Sequence record: NC_028950.1
Strand: one strand, 5' to 3'
Length of the DNA: 64,000 nt
In this document: positions 16,771 to 27,536 of the stretch, one piece after another
How the letters are laid out: every line of letters begins with the position of its first letter
Position numbering within the stretch: the first letter of the stretch is position 1
The notes under the pieces: generated by a model
The model's input: only the letters and a program-made list of their open reading frames with translations
Database searches by the model: none
What the model was told of the DNA's origin: nothing
Program-made: the position numbers and the translations under genes

Positions 16771-16800
16771 CCTACTCCTACCCTTGCGGGTAGGAGTAGG
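16771..16800. terminator. Bidirectional hairpin at a convergent junction with terL
   Basis: cctactcctaccc-ttgc-gggtaggagtagg, perfect 13-bp stem. Confidence 0.75.
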
Positions 16801-16811
16801 GCCTATGTCCG

Positions 16812-18992
16812 TCAATAAACGGTAGAACCAGAATCGACGACCTTTCGGTATACATCGTCGAGCAGATTCTTATCACCACCTTTTTGATACCCGATGCGTT
16901 TCTCTTCACGAGTCTTCTTGATCATGTCGGTGACGGAGAAGGTTTCGCCTTCTTCTTCCACGACACGGGAAACAAGAGATCCGATCTCGGATTCGAGTCG
17001 CATCTGAACAAAGTGGTCTTGTGAAGCAGCCAGTTTCTGTACCAGAGCCTGGATATCTTCACGCAACTGGCGTTGCTGGATTTCGAAGTGAGACATTTCG
17101 CGAGCGGACTTCTTCGCAAGCGTAGAGATCATCACCTGAGTATGGTCAATACCGTAGTAAGACAGGTTCTGACCAAACATAGCCAGGTAGCAAGCCAAGA
17201 GCCATGCCACACAGCCGTCGTCGTGCTGTCCCTTCGGGTGATCGACTCGACCATTCTTGACTTCGAGAGCCAGGATCTGATCGATTGTTTTGATATCGTT
17301 GACGCGGTCCATGCCATGACGAACAGCGTTTTGCAGAACTTGACCGTAGAGAATCGAACGAGCATTCTCGCCAGAGCCTGACGTGTTGTAGCCGAAGTAG
17401 GACTTGTACTTGGTGTACAAATCCCCCAGCACGTACTTGTCGGCACGTTTGATTTCTTCCAGGATATCGCGGTACTTATCGGGATCCTGAACGAGACGGT
17501 TAAAGAGTCGCTTGAATGCATTCTGCCCAGTCATGCGGAACTTCAAGCACAGCTGGTCAATGATTGCCGGACCCGTGTTCTTGCATTCGATCACGGCTAC
17601 GAGCTTAGGCCACTTCATCAGGATGTCGTAGAGCCAGAGCGAATAGTCAATGATGTTCGTCATGTTCACGTAGCACGTGCCAATGACTTCGAGTGTCGTC
17701 AGATCGACGTATTGCATTCCGATCTCATCTTTACCTTGAGCCTGGGAAGGATCAATGCCGAGTGCGACGTTGCCTTCAGCCATGATTTCATCACGCACTT
17801 TCAGGCTCACATACCACTTGGTCAGGTAACGAGTCTTCGGATCGATTTCGGCAACGAAATCTTCACGCTGGTTTTCACGAAGCGTGTTCAGTTGTTCTGT
17901 GGAGAGGGGAGATCCGCGGCCACCAGAAGTCCAGATGTTGAAGTAATCGCGATCGGCTTCTTCGCCGCTAATCATTGCCTTCTTGATGTTCTCGTAATGC
18001 TGCTGATCCGAGATACCAAGCATGCGGTGTCCGAACGTGCAGTTGATAGCAAAGCCGTTACTCGACGCTGCTTCCACCATCACCTTCAGGTCATCCCAGT
18101 TACGCGCATCATAGATCTTGTCCGTAAACGGGAACGAGTTCGTCAGGATCTGATAAGCGTAGGAACCATCACGGTCATCTTTCTTACCTGCGGTAGTCGC
18201 CAGGATAATGCCGTGGTGTGCGTTGTTTTCACGAGCCGAAACGAATGCCGCGTTGGTTGTCGACAGAATCGTCGTCAGCGTAGCTTTCAACCAGGAGATG
18301 TATGCAAATTCGTCAATCCGGATGTTGGCAGAAGTAAAGCCTCGGCCCACCTTGTAGGCACCCTTCTCATCCATCCGCGGAACGTGCGTTTCGTACTTGT
18401 TTTCCAGTGCGGACAAGTAGATGTATTCCTGGTTATTCGGATCCTTCTTCGGAATCGATCGCCTCAGATACGTAGGCAAGACTTCCTCGTATTCCTTCAG
18501 ACGCTCAATGTCGTTACGACGCAGCTGGTCTTCTTTCGTCAGCAAGTGAATGGACGAGTGAACCAGACCGAAGTTGAGTAGGTAACGATCGAGCGAAGCG
18601 ATGTTCACCGACTTACCAGTCTGACGAGGCTGAATCAGGAATGTCGTAATGTGGTTGAAGTAACTCCACCACAGAGCCAGGTTCCCGCGGTTCGCTAGAA
18701 CAGGACTCGGTTGCATTGCGCCCTGAACAGGGATGCGTGCAATCTCACGGAAATAGTACCAGGGGTTATCGAAACACTCCTGGGTAATCATGCCCTTGTA
18801 TTCGAAGGACAGATTCGGGTCGAACGGATCTACGCCGACCAGATATTTGTTGTGTAACGCCAGGGGCCAGAGGTTATTCTGGATTCCCATGTCGTCGAGA
18901 ATGTAACAGATGTCAACGAAGGACTTGTTTCGGGTTTCCAGATCAATGGTTGCATCCGGATACCGATTCCAGTCTTCTTGGAAAAGAATCAT
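16812..18992 (-). CDS. terL: Terminase large subunit (phiKZ gp25-like)
   Basis: Walker A 'QPRQTGKS', Walker B 'IRIDEFAY', 'ILATTAG' coupling motif, nuclease 'LGIDP' and 'HDDGCVAW'. Confidence 0.93.
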   Translation of the reverse strand: MILFQEDWNRYPDATIDLETRNKSFVDICYILDDMGIQNNLWPLALHNKYLVGVDPFDPNLSFEYKGMITQECFDNPWYYFREIARIPVQGAMQPSPVLANRGNLALWWSYFNHITTFLIQPRQTGKSVNIASLDRYLLNFGLVHSSIHLLTKEDQLRRNDIERLKEYEEVLPTYLRRSIPKKDPNNQEYIYLSALENKYETHVPRMDEKGAYKVGRGFTSANIRIDEFAYISWLKATLTTILSTTNAAFVSARENNAHHGIILATTAGKKDDRDGSYAYQILTNSFPFTDKIYDARNWDDLKVMVEAASSNGFAINCTFGHRMLGISDQQHYENIKKAMISGEEADRDYFNIWTSGGRGSPLSTEQLNTLRENQREDFVAEIDPKTRYLTKWYVSLKVRDEIMAEGNVALGIDPSQAQGKDEIGMQYVDLTTLEVIGTCYVNMTNIIDYSLWLYDILMKWPKLVAVIECKNTGPAIIDQLCLKFRMTGQNAFKRLFNRLVQDPDKYRDILEEIKRADKYVLGDLYTKYKSYFGYNTSGSGENARSILYGQVLQNAVRHGMDRVNDIKTIDQILALEVKNGRVDHPKGQHDDGCVAWLLACYLAMFGQNLSYYGIDHTQVMISTLAKKSAREMSHFEIQQRQLREDIQALVQKLAASQDHFVQMRLESEIGSLVSRVVEEEGETFSVTDMIKKTREEKRIGYQKGGDKNLLDDVYRKVVDSGSTVY

Positions 18993-19025
18993 AAAGGAAT
19001 CCTAGCACAGGGTCATAAGGTTAGT

Positions 19026-19053
19026 GACTGATCGGGCTTTCGCCCGATCAGTC
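19026..19053 (-). terminator. Hairpin upstream of terL
   Basis: gactgatcgggc-tttc-gcccgatcagtc, 12-bp stem; CATA at 19014-19017. Confidence 0.65.
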
Positions 19054-19063
19054 TTTCGCTTAA

Positions 19064-20782
19064 TTACCAGGTGGAGACCTGTTGGATCGGCACGCCAGCC
19101 TGACCGAGAACGATGTCGTCGGTCGGACCTTGCTTGACGAACTTGAGGAACCAGGTCTGGTCCTGCAGCACAGGGAAGTTGACCGTGAACTTTGCGTTCC
19201 AGTAATCCGCGATCGCCAGACGAATGCTGTTCGTCGTACCGCCATCGCTGAAGATGACGTGATCGGGCACCGGCGCGTCGGATTCCAACTGCGGGTCGGT
19301 AAGAGGCCGGGTGTTGTAGTAGAACGCGGTGAGCCAGTTCTCCAGCGAGCCGTAGCCCGACTGCATGTTGACTTCGCACAGGTTCTGGTTGATGAACTTG
19401 GACTTGACCACGTTCGTATCTCCGTATTCCGGGGTCTGGTTCGGATCGAAGGCGATCTTCCACAGCGTGCTGACGCCATCGAAATTCTGACCTGCACGAA
19501 GCAGCGTGATTCCGACAGTTTGCACGAAACGGTAAGCGCGCCAGCTGCCATTGACCTTCGAGAGATCGATAGCCATCGTGAGTTGCTGCTTGACACCGTA
19601 GAGCGTCGGCGAGAATGCGGGGCTGTTCGCACCCAACTCGACGATACCCGTGACGTCGTAGCAGATGTTCCGATCGAGGTTGAGCATGAACCAACGCAGG
19701 CGGTAGCCATTGATCGGATCTTGCCAGACCGGATACGGATAGAGCTTGACGCTGAGCTGGTTCTCGACGTCCACGACCACCACATCCACGTCCTGCATGA
19801 TGAAGCGGTTCGTGCCCACAGCACCACCCTGATAGCTGACTTCACCACCGAGCAGGTTGTACTTGAGCTTGAACGTTGCGTGCTCGCCTGCTTGAGTCGG
19901 CGCGAACTCGCGCATGCCCAGCAGTTCGAAACGCGTACCGTCGACGTTGTACTGCTTGGTGCCGCCACTGTTGTAGCTGACGAGACCCATCAGGTTCATC
20001 GAGTTCAGCGTCAGGTTCAGCGGGACTTCCAGGCGGTTCGGAACCAGCTTGGAAACCAACGGACCTTGCAGAGCGATGCCTGTCACAGCAGCAATCGACT
20101 GATCGGTCGAAGCCGTGAACGACGTCACCTGAGCACGCAGTTCCTTGGACGAGAGTGGAGCACCCGTATCGTCGAAGAGCACTACGTACAGGAATTCACC
20201 ATTGGCGATGTCCGTGTTCGTATATGCCGTCGGGATGTAGTACTGAGCCTTGTTGATGCCGTTGGGCATGACGCCCAGCTGCAGAGGGATCTGCGTGCCG
20301 ATCGGTTGACCCGATTGGTCCAGCACCAGGCTGACGATTTCTTCGACGCCATTGATGGGGTTGCCGCGATACACGCGTGCCGTGGAGGCATTGCGAGCAT
20401 TCACGTAACAACGCGCATCGACTTGCAGGCGGAAAGGCTTGCTCGTCTTGTCGATGAAGCAACGGAACGCATCCTTGGTTTGACCCAGGAGCACGTCTTC
20501 CGAGTCCATATCGGCAATCGGTTTCGGGGTGACACGTACGAGCGTGGGAACCCACAGATCCGACAGTGCCGTCACCTTGTAAGTGATGCCATAGTCGGTA
20601 TCTTCGACGTAGTCATTGATTTTCGGGATGTAGCGGCCAGCCGCATCACCGCCCAGGAAAACTTCGGACTTAGCCCAAGTCTTCCAAAGCGGAGCAACGT
20701 CCCAGTTCTTGATCGGCAGTACACCGTCAGTCCCCCAGGGAATGGGGGTCTGCGGGACCGCGACCGTTGTCGTATCGGCCAT
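19064..20782 (-). CDS. Virion structural protein (phiKZ gp26-like, probably tail/baseplate)
   Basis: 572-aa beta-rich protein in the terminase-sheath block typical of phiKZ-like phages; strong codon bias. Confidence 0.7.
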   Translation of the reverse strand: MADTTTVAVPQTPIPWGTDGVLPIKNWDVAPLWKTWAKSEVFLGGDAAGRYIPKINDYVEDTDYGITYKVTALSDLWVPTLVRVTPKPIADMDSEDVLLGQTKDAFRCFIDKTSKPFRLQVDARCYVNARNASTARVYRGNPINGVEEIVSLVLDQSGQPIGTQIPLQLGVMPNGINKAQYYIPTAYTNTDIANGEFLYVVLFDDTGAPLSSKELRAQVTSFTASTDQSIAAVTGIALQGPLVSKLVPNRLEVPLNLTLNSMNLMGLVSYNSGGTKQYNVDGTRFELLGMREFAPTQAGEHATFKLKYNLLGGEVSYQGGAVGTNRFIMQDVDVVVVDVENQLSVKLYPYPVWQDPINGYRLRWFMLNLDRNICYDVTGIVELGANSPAFSPTLYGVKQQLTMAIDLSKVNGSWRAYRFVQTVGITLLRAGQNFDGVSTLWKIAFDPNQTPEYGDTNVVKSKFINQNLCEVNMQSGYGSLENWLTAFYYNTRPLTDPQLESDAPVPDHVIFSDGGTTNSIRLAIADYWNAKFTVNFPVLQDQTWFLKFVKQGPTDDIVLGQAGVPIQQVSTW

Positions 20783-20794
20783 GGAACTTTACCT

Positions 20795-23395
20795 TTAGGT
20801 GATAGCTTTCAAACGGAGGAAGTGGTTGAGCACAACCTTGCCCTTCATGTAAACCTGAATCACGTAGGACAGGAAGTTGTAGTAGTAGATGTCGATGTCG
20901 ATCACGTTCTCCAGGAAGTGCGGAGTGATGATGACGTAATTGGGATCGACAGCATTTACGGTCTGCGTCGGGTCAAATGCCAACAGCCATTCGTAAGGCG
21001 CACAAAGCTGCTTCACGAAATCCATGTTGTACTGAACCTTCAACTGATTGATGTCAATCGTTCCGTTCAGGCAATCGTACATGATCTTGCACAGGAACGG
21101 AGTGAACACCGGATACAGATCCGGAATGACATCAGGACCGCTCGGAGTCGGCTCCGGCAGTTTTGCAGAGAGATAATCGCTTACCGCTTTGTCGACGGCT
21201 CGTGCGCTGTCACGCCAGGTGTACGTGTCACCGTTCGTGAGAGAGCGCATCGGAACGATCATGTCGCGCACCGTATACGGTTCACCGTTGTTGCCATCGG
21301 GAACTGCTACGAGTGCATCGTTTTCCGAGAAGAGCAGATCGTCACGGTGACGCAGTCGACCATCCACCACGATACGCATGACGCGGTCATCGCGAAGGTT
21401 GAAGATCGAGTTACGCGACAGCAGGTCGTACTTCAAGAAACCGTTGTCTTCAGGAAGCTGACGTGTCAGATCGCTCTTGCAGAAGCCGGAGAAGCGGACA
21501 GCGATTTGCTGGGGTTGGTTAGCCGGATCCACGAGGTACTTCTTGTTGCAGATCACAACCTTCGGCCATTGAACGAAGTAGTCCAGCTTTTCAGTCAGAC
21601 CACGAGCGTTCAGCATGATGTCGAGTTCACCCATCGGCACATCCATTGCCTGGCTGCCAACCTGACCGTTCTTCGTCACGATCTTGATCAGATCGAATTC
21701 GATAACGCCATCGGGGAACATCTGAGTGATCATGTACCCGAGCGAGTTCTTATCCGAACGAACCAGCGTCGAGAAGTTATTCATGTTGATGAGCCAGGTC
21801 AGCTGGTTGTTCACAACTGAATACTGACCAGATCCCGTCACGTCCTTCCAGTTGTTCTGGAGAACTCCGCCGATCTTGTCGCAGACGTACATGCGATAGT
21901 TCAGCGTGGGGTCGAGCGTTTGTACCTGAGTGTCGTAGACTTCGTCGATCGACTGAGCCGTATGACCATAGATCGCTTCAACGAGTGTACATGTTTGATT
22001 CTGCACGACGTACTGGTCACCCACATCGTGGAGATACCAGCCGAGCAGCAAGCCGTCGCTATCGTACTCGTAGCAGGTCGCGTTCTCGTACATGCCTTGA
22101 GGCAGATTCACCATCTTCACGCCGTTTACCGTCACGACCTTCAGAGGCGTATCGCCCAGAACCTTCGACACAGCGTTGTAACCCAGTGCCGACTGAACCA
22201 TGTCACGAGTGACCAGCTGATCATTCGGTTGACCATTTTGCGTGCTGTTGGTCAGACGCATGATCTTCGTGTAGTCGGAAGCTTCGAGAACAGCCGCCTG
22301 CCAGTTCGACACAGTGGCGTTGTCACCAATCATCGCGGGCAAGAAGTCACTCTCATGCAGCTTATACAGTTCGTGAATGCGGTTCTTCTCGTAAACCAGA
22401 GGACGGTTATAACCGCTCTCACGGATCAGAGCCAGAACACGGCATTGCTGGGGATCGGTCCAACCCGGTTTCCCGTCCACGAACGAGTTGATGAGCTGCA
22501 CGCTCATCGAGTAATCTTTGTGGGTCACCATCCGCAAAGCAGCTGCGGTGTTCTTGTGGTGATACACGCCGTTCGGTTTGGCGGGAGCCGCAGGTCGCTG
22601 AATCAGGAAGAGATCCACATCGTCCTGATATTCGATCCGGTTCATTGCATCCGAATAGTGGAGCAGGTACTTGCGCTCACCGTCCAGAGTGGAGTCGAAT
22701 GTCGGCAAACGCGATACCGGATACTCGACCACCTTACTGACCGATGCGTCGTAGAACCATTCCACCAGATCGCCTACCTTACAGGTAATCGGGCTGATTT
22801 CTTCTGCCCAGTAACCGTTGATGATCGCGTAGACATAGCCAGCTTTCGCACGGTACTGGTTGAACTTCATCTGCATGTTCAAGATGTCTTGCGACATCAG
22901 AGGCGACATGCCGTCTGCCACGATCGATTCGATGTAGCCTTGGCTACGAGCCGATTGCCAGAACGCGTTCGTGTAGACGCGGAAGAAGATGTCTTCCGTG
23001 TTGTAGTCCACGTTCAGCAGTTTGTCTTCTTTCCTGGTTGCGATGATGAGGTTCTTCGATTTCGTCACCATGTAGTAGGTTTCGAATTTCGGAAGCATCA
23101 CACCCTTTTCGGTGTAAGCTTCAGCGATCATCCCCATCTTGTTGCACACGTCCAGGAAGCTGACCCATTGGTTCTGTACCGGGAAGAGCCCGAAGTAGTC
23201 CGGATGAATCTGACCAACCTGATAGACGTGGTAGTAGTGCGTGTTGTCGGGAAGATAGATCTGGAGCCAGTCCAGTTCCAACTTCACGTACTCACCGCCA
23301 AATTGGCTGATCCGCTTGGGACGGGCACGGAACTGTTTGTCCTGCCTCGGTGAGCACCAGATATTCTTCAGTGCATAATCGACAAGGTAATCCAT
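20795..23395 (-). CDS. Virion structural protein (phiKZ gp27-like)
   Basis: 866 aa; N-terminal 'YALKNIWCSPRQDKQ' recalls a Chimalliviridae family; synteny. Confidence 0.75.
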   Translation of the reverse strand: MDYLVDYALKNIWCSPRQDKQFRARPKRISQFGGEYVKLELDWLQIYLPDNTHYYHVYQVGQIHPDYFGLFPVQNQWVSFLDVCNKMGMIAEAYTEKGVMLPKFETYYMVTKSKNLIIATRKEDKLLNVDYNTEDIFFRVYTNAFWQSARSQGYIESIVADGMSPLMSQDILNMQMKFNQYRAKAGYVYAIINGYWAEEISPITCKVGDLVEWFYDASVSKVVEYPVSRLPTFDSTLDGERKYLLHYSDAMNRIEYQDDVDLFLIQRPAAPAKPNGVYHHKNTAAALRMVTHKDYSMSVQLINSFVDGKPGWTDPQQCRVLALIRESGYNRPLVYEKNRIHELYKLHESDFLPAMIGDNATVSNWQAAVLEASDYTKIMRLTNSTQNGQPNDQLVTRDMVQSALGYNAVSKVLGDTPLKVVTVNGVKMVNLPQGMYENATCYEYDSDGLLLGWYLHDVGDQYVVQNQTCTLVEAIYGHTAQSIDEVYDTQVQTLDPTLNYRMYVCDKIGGVLQNNWKDVTGSGQYSVVNNQLTWLINMNNFSTLVRSDKNSLGYMITQMFPDGVIEFDLIKIVTKNGQVGSQAMDVPMGELDIMLNARGLTEKLDYFVQWPKVVICNKKYLVDPANQPQQIAVRFSGFCKSDLTRQLPEDNGFLKYDLLSRNSIFNLRDDRVMRIVVDGRLRHRDDLLFSENDALVAVPDGNNGEPYTVRDMIVPMRSLTNGDTYTWRDSARAVDKAVSDYLSAKLPEPTPSGPDVIPDLYPVFTPFLCKIMYDCLNGTIDINQLKVQYNMDFVKQLCAPYEWLLAFDPTQTVNAVDPNYVIITPHFLENVIDIDIYYYNFLSYVIQVYMKGKVVLNHFLRLKAIT

Positions 23396-23464
23396 TTTTC
23401 GACGCCATAAAAAGAGGTTTCCCTACCCACCGGGATTGCCGGCAGGTAGGGTATCGAGCTTGTC

Positions 23465-24364
23465 TTACGACTTCAACGTTGCGGTGATTTGCAGCAGGAA
23501 GTCGTCAGCCGAGTTCTTCGCCGGTACCCGTTCGATCATCTTGGAAAGCTGCGAACGATGGTAAGCACGCTCCGACATCGCCGCCGTGATCATGGCCAGG
23601 AACGTCGGGACGTGTTCGACGGAACACGCTACGATCTCGTGCGAATTGGCGCCGTACCAAGTCGAGTTGAGAATCGGATACAACACGATGGAGCTGAAGT
23701 TCTTCAGACGGATGTTTCCGACGACGTCTTCAGCACGCTCACAGAAGTCCGTGATGTTCTTGACGTAGTCTTGACCATCCAGGACCTGCATGATCGCATC
23801 AGCGCCGATTCGCGTCGCTTTTGCGATACCCTGACAGATCTTGAAATAGTCCTTGTCGTCCGGCTTTTCGCTGTTATCGAACAGCGAATAGTAGAACCAG
23901 GCAGCAAAGATCGTCAGCTTGTACTGATCCTCTGGCTCCAGGCCGAAACGTCGACTGATGTTTTCACCCAGCCAGGAGGAATAAACACTTGCCGGAAGAG
24001 GGCTCATCGCGCGGAAAAGCGTCGGGGGTTCCGAGCGCCACACCGCTTCCAGACCGGCCCGCGCCAAAAGCAGATTGTAGTCCGCCTGCGAATTGATCTT
24101 CACTTCACCGCTCTGACGGTTCTTCGTAACGAAGTGCCGTGCGTCGACATACAGACCATCGTATGGATGCTTTTCGACGTACAGAGGGTGGGAAAATGCA
24201 GGGATGTCGACGGGCCATTCCGAGCTGTCTTCGATGACAGTGTAGCCATCGTCATTTTTTGCAAGATAATTTGATACCGTTGCTTTTACGAGTGCCGCTT
24301 GAGTCGGCTCGGTGTGGTATCGGCGGCCGAAAGTGGTGTCGTACGCTGAAAGAAAAACAGGCAT
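23465..24364 (-). CDS. Conserved hypothetical protein (phiKZ gp28-like)
   Basis: 299 aa, divergent from the sheath gene; synteny. Confidence 0.7.
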   Translation of the reverse strand: MPVFLSAYDTTFGRRYHTEPTQAALVKATVSNYLAKNDDGYTVIEDSSEWPVDIPAFSHPLYVEKHPYDGLYVDARHFVTKNRQSGEVKINSQADYNLLLARAGLEAVWRSEPPTLFRAMSPLPASVYSSWLGENISRRFGLEPEDQYKLTIFAAWFYYSLFDNSEKPDDKDYFKICQGIAKATRIGADAIMQVLDGQDYVKNITDFCERAEDVVGNIRLKNFSSIVLYPILNSTWYGANSHEIVACSVEHVPTFLAMITAAMSERAYHRSQLSKMIERVPAKNSADDFLLQITATLKS

Positions 24365-24474
24365 TTTTTGCCACCTCTAAACATGTATTTTTTTATTGCC
24401 GTAGCCCGACAATAAAGGAATTGGTTTCGAAATAAACGTCATATCATGAACTCATTTTCTAAGGAAGGCTGACG

Positions 24475-26586
24475 ATGGCAACTGCCAACTTCAACTCGAT
24501 GCCTCAGAACGTTAACAACGGGGCACGAGACAAATCCGTTCCGGATCCGATCCTGACCGCGAAGCAGTATGCCACGCATCTGCCGCTGTGGTTCATCTTC
24601 GCCCAAAAGGGTCCGTCGACGCGCGTCGTTGCGGATGGTCCGACTCGCGAGCAACTGTACGGCACTTCGTCTTTCGACGTGAGCTCGCCGTATTTCACCC
24701 ACGCAACGCAATTCGCGAATCAGGCGAACAGCAAGGGCAACCAGAGCATTTATCAGCGTGTCGTCCCGGCAGATGCCAAGACGGCGATGATGCGTCTCTG
24801 GCTGGACGTGCTGCCGCTGCAGGTTCCCGAGTACAAGCGTGGTACGGACGGCAAGTACTTGCTGGACTCCACGGGCAATCCGCAACCGACGGGCACGAAA
24901 GTCGCTGGTTACCAGCTGAAGATCGTGAAGACCCCGATCGATGGCACCCTGCCCAACGGCGGTGAGTTCGGTCAAGCATCGCAAATGGTCGGCGACCAGG
25001 TCGATGCCACGACCAACACGCAATCGACCCGTTATCCGTGGCTGGATGTTCCGGTTACGTTCGCTGGTTTGTACGGCGACGACCTGGGCTTCCGTGCATG
25101 GGCGCCGGTCGCTGGTTCGCGCGTCGTTCCCGACAGCGAACTGCTCGAAGTGAACAAGTGCTACCCGTACGTGTTCGCCTGCCTGGATCGTTCGTCGGAT
25201 ACCATCCAGAACATCCAATCCGTCAGCGGTACGCAAGAAGTTACCTGCGTGTTCCGTCGCGGTCAGGTGAAGGCATCGGTGGGCAACCAGGACGTCTCGT
25301 TCGAAACCAAGTTCTACGACTCGTACAACGATCGTGAACGCACCGGCCTCGCGCCGCTGTACGGTCCGTTCGACAACGTCCATCTGTACTACGACAACCT
25401 CGTCTCGGTACTCAAGCTGCTGTACACCGCTGAACAACCGTTCATCGATTCGTTCAGCGACTTCGATGGCTCGGGCTTCACGACCACCGATGAAGGCGAA
25501 ATCTTCCGTTTCAACTTCCTCGGCGGCAAGACCTCGGGCGGCGTGCCGTACCATTCGTTCCTCATCAACCGCAACGACGCGAACGCTGAAGCAATGAGCG
25601 ACATCTCGACGGTGTGGGCTGAAGGCGGCAAGGATGGCGACATTTCGCTGGACAACTTCAACCGTCTGGTTCAGGCGGAAATGGAGAAATACGGCGACAT
25701 CAACCAGGAAGTCACGGACGACCGTCTGGGCAACCCGCAGAGCATCTTCTGGGATTCGGGTTTCGACTCGGAATGCAAGATGGCCATGGCTAACTTCATC
25801 GCTGTCCGTAAGGACACCCAGCTGGTGTGGTGCTTGCAGGATGCGCAAGCTGCTCAACCGCTGACCGCCGACGAAGAATCGTCGATGGCGATCGCGCTCT
25901 TCACGCGCGCTCAGCAGATGCCGGAATCTTCGGAATACGGTACGTCTGCAGTCCGTGCGATGATCGTCGCAACGGATGGCATTCTGATCGGTTCGACGAA
26001 CCGCAAGCGTCTGCCGCTGTCGCTGGAACTGCTGTCGAAGTCCGCTGAATACATGGGTGCTGGCAACGGCCTGTGGAAGTCGGCGTTCCGCTTCTCGCAT
26101 GGCGCTCGTGCAGAAGTGTCGCTGTTCCGCGACGTCAACGTCGTATGGCGTCCGATCGCTGCTCGTCAGCGTGACTGGGCAAACGGCATGGTCTACGTCC
26201 AGAAGAAGGACATGGATACGCTGTTCTTCCCGGGCCTGCGCACGGTGTACGCCGTGGATCAATCGATCTTCACGTCGTTCATCACCTCCTGCGTTCTCGT
26301 CGACTTGCAAAAGACGGCAGACCGCGTGTGGGCGAACTTCACCGGCGCGGACGAGTACTCGAACGAGCAGTTCAAGAAGTACGTGGAGCAGGAATTCTCC
26401 AAGGCAATCGAAGGCAAGTACGACAACCGCGTCACCGTGGTTCCGACTGTCTCGTTCACTGCCGTGGATGAATACAACGGCTTCTCGTGGACTCTCAACG
26501 TCGACATGGGCGCCGACAACATGAAGACCGTTCAGTACACCGTGCTGACTGGTTACCGTCAAGAATCGATGCCCGCCGCCAACTAA
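24475..26586 (+). CDS. Contractile tail sheath protein (phiKZ gp29-like)
   Basis: 703 aa; 'HLPLWFIFAQKGP', 'FWDSGF', sheath C-terminal domain; directly before the tube gene; highly expressed codon bias. Confidence 0.88.
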   Translation: MATANFNSMPQNVNNGARDKSVPDPILTAKQYATHLPLWFIFAQKGPSTRVVADGPTREQLYGTSSFDVSSPYFTHATQFANQANSKGNQSIYQRVVPADAKTAMMRLWLDVLPLQVPEYKRGTDGKYLLDSTGNPQPTGTKVAGYQLKIVKTPIDGTLPNGGEFGQASQMVGDQVDATTNTQSTRYPWLDVPVTFAGLYGDDLGFRAWAPVAGSRVVPDSELLEVNKCYPYVFACLDRSSDTIQNIQSVSGTQEVTCVFRRGQVKASVGNQDVSFETKFYDSYNDRERTGLAPLYGPFDNVHLYYDNLVSVLKLLYTAEQPFIDSFSDFDGSGFTTTDEGEIFRFNFLGGKTSGGVPYHSFLINRNDANAEAMSDISTVWAEGGKDGDISLDNFNRLVQAEMEKYGDINQEVTDDRLGNPQSIFWDSGFDSECKMAMANFIAVRKDTQLVWCLQDAQAAQPLTADEESSMAIALFTRAQQMPESSEYGTSAVRAMIVATDGILIGSTNRKRLPLSLELLSKSAEYMGAGNGLWKSAFRFSHGARAEVSLFRDVNVVWRPIAARQRDWANGMVYVQKKDMDTLFFPGLRTVYAVDQSIFTSFITSCVLVDLQKTADRVWANFTGADEYSNEQFKKYVEQEFSKAIEGKYDNRVTVVPTVSFTAVDEYNGFSWTLNVDMGADNMKTVQYTVLTGYRQESMPAAN

Positions 26587-26602
26587 AGCGAGGAACTAAA
26601 AC

Positions 26603-27469
26603 ATGAGCCGCATGTCCGATTCGATGGTCCTGCCGGGGGTAGGTCTCTCCAGCAACGTGGGCCGTCGCATGAGCAACCCGAACTACGGTGGCGTGATGGG
26701 CTGGTCGCCCAATCCGACACAGTGGGTCAACAAAACCGGTTACGTTCGTCGTAACCTCATTCCGATCGTCCTGCGGGCACCGGCTGGCTTTGCCTACCTG
26801 CCCAACCCGGACGACTGGTACGCAGCCACGCGTTCGATTTTCGAAACGCATCCGATCAGCATCGAAGGTCTGAACTCGACGCTGACGGTGGCTGCATCCG
26901 ACACCCCGTACGGTGGTGCTGGTGAACAGTTCCAGGATCCGACCAACGTGACTCGCGAGCGTACTTCGCCCTCGTTCACGCTGCCGGATCTCTACGGTGC
27001 GCCGATCAACGCGTACCTGGAATCGTGGATCCAGTACCTCATCATGGATCCGGAAACGAAGACGGCCCTCGTGAACACGCTGGGTGGTCAAGTTCCGCCG
27101 GACATGATGGCGGACATTTACACGATGGACATGCTCTTCATCGAGCCGGATCCGCAACAGAGCAAGGTCATCCGTGCCTGGATCGTGTACAACATGTTCC
27201 CGCTCTCCGGCGGTGAAACCACGGGTCGTCGTGACATCACGACCGACATGGAACAGATCCGTTACACCATCCAGATGGCCGGCTTCGCGCAGGTCGGTAC
27301 GGGTGTGAAGGCGTTCGCACAATCCGTCCTCGACGGCATGCGTATCGCTGGTGCGAATCCGTACCATCGTCGTACGTACCTGGAAGGTATCGATGCGGAC
27401 ATCCTCCGCGCGAAGACCGGCTTCGGCAACCAGATCCAGGAACTGTCCGACAACCAAGTCGTGGTCTAA
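26603..27469 (+). CDS. Tail tube protein (phiKZ gp30-like)
   Basis: 288 aa; 'GYVRRNLIPIVLRAP' and 'MLFIEPDP...AW...NMFP'; follows the sheath gene. Confidence 0.85.
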   Translation: MSRMSDSMVLPGVGLSSNVGRRMSNPNYGGVMGWSPNPTQWVNKTGYVRRNLIPIVLRAPAGFAYLPNPDDWYAATRSIFETHPISIEGLNSTLTVAASDTPYGGAGEQFQDPTNVTRERTSPSFTLPDLYGAPINAYLESWIQYLIMDPETKTALVNTLGGQVPPDMMADIYTMDMLFIEPDPQQSKVIRAWIVYNMFPLSGGETTGRRDITTDMEQIRYTIQMAGFAQVGTGVKAFAQSVLDGMRIAGANPYHRRTYLEGIDADILRAKTGFGNQIQELSDNQVVV

Positions 27470-27487
27470 ACGACATCCAGAAGCAAA

Positions 27488-27527
27488 AAAAATACCACCG
27501 GTCCCTTGCGGGGCTGGTGGTATTTTT
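27488..27527. terminator. Bidirectional terminator (tube / lipoprotein convergence)
   Basis: aaaaataccacc...ggtggtattttt with A- and T-runs on both sides. Confidence 0.75.
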
Positions 27528-27536
27528 GCCGCCTAC

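Noticed and set aside
19082-21820. 912-aa plus-strand ORF antisense to structural genes
   Set aside because: It mirrors two real minus-strand genes. Strong codon bias there depletes TTA/CTA/TCA and so antisense stops. The translation is Arg/Val/His-rich nonsense with no RBS.
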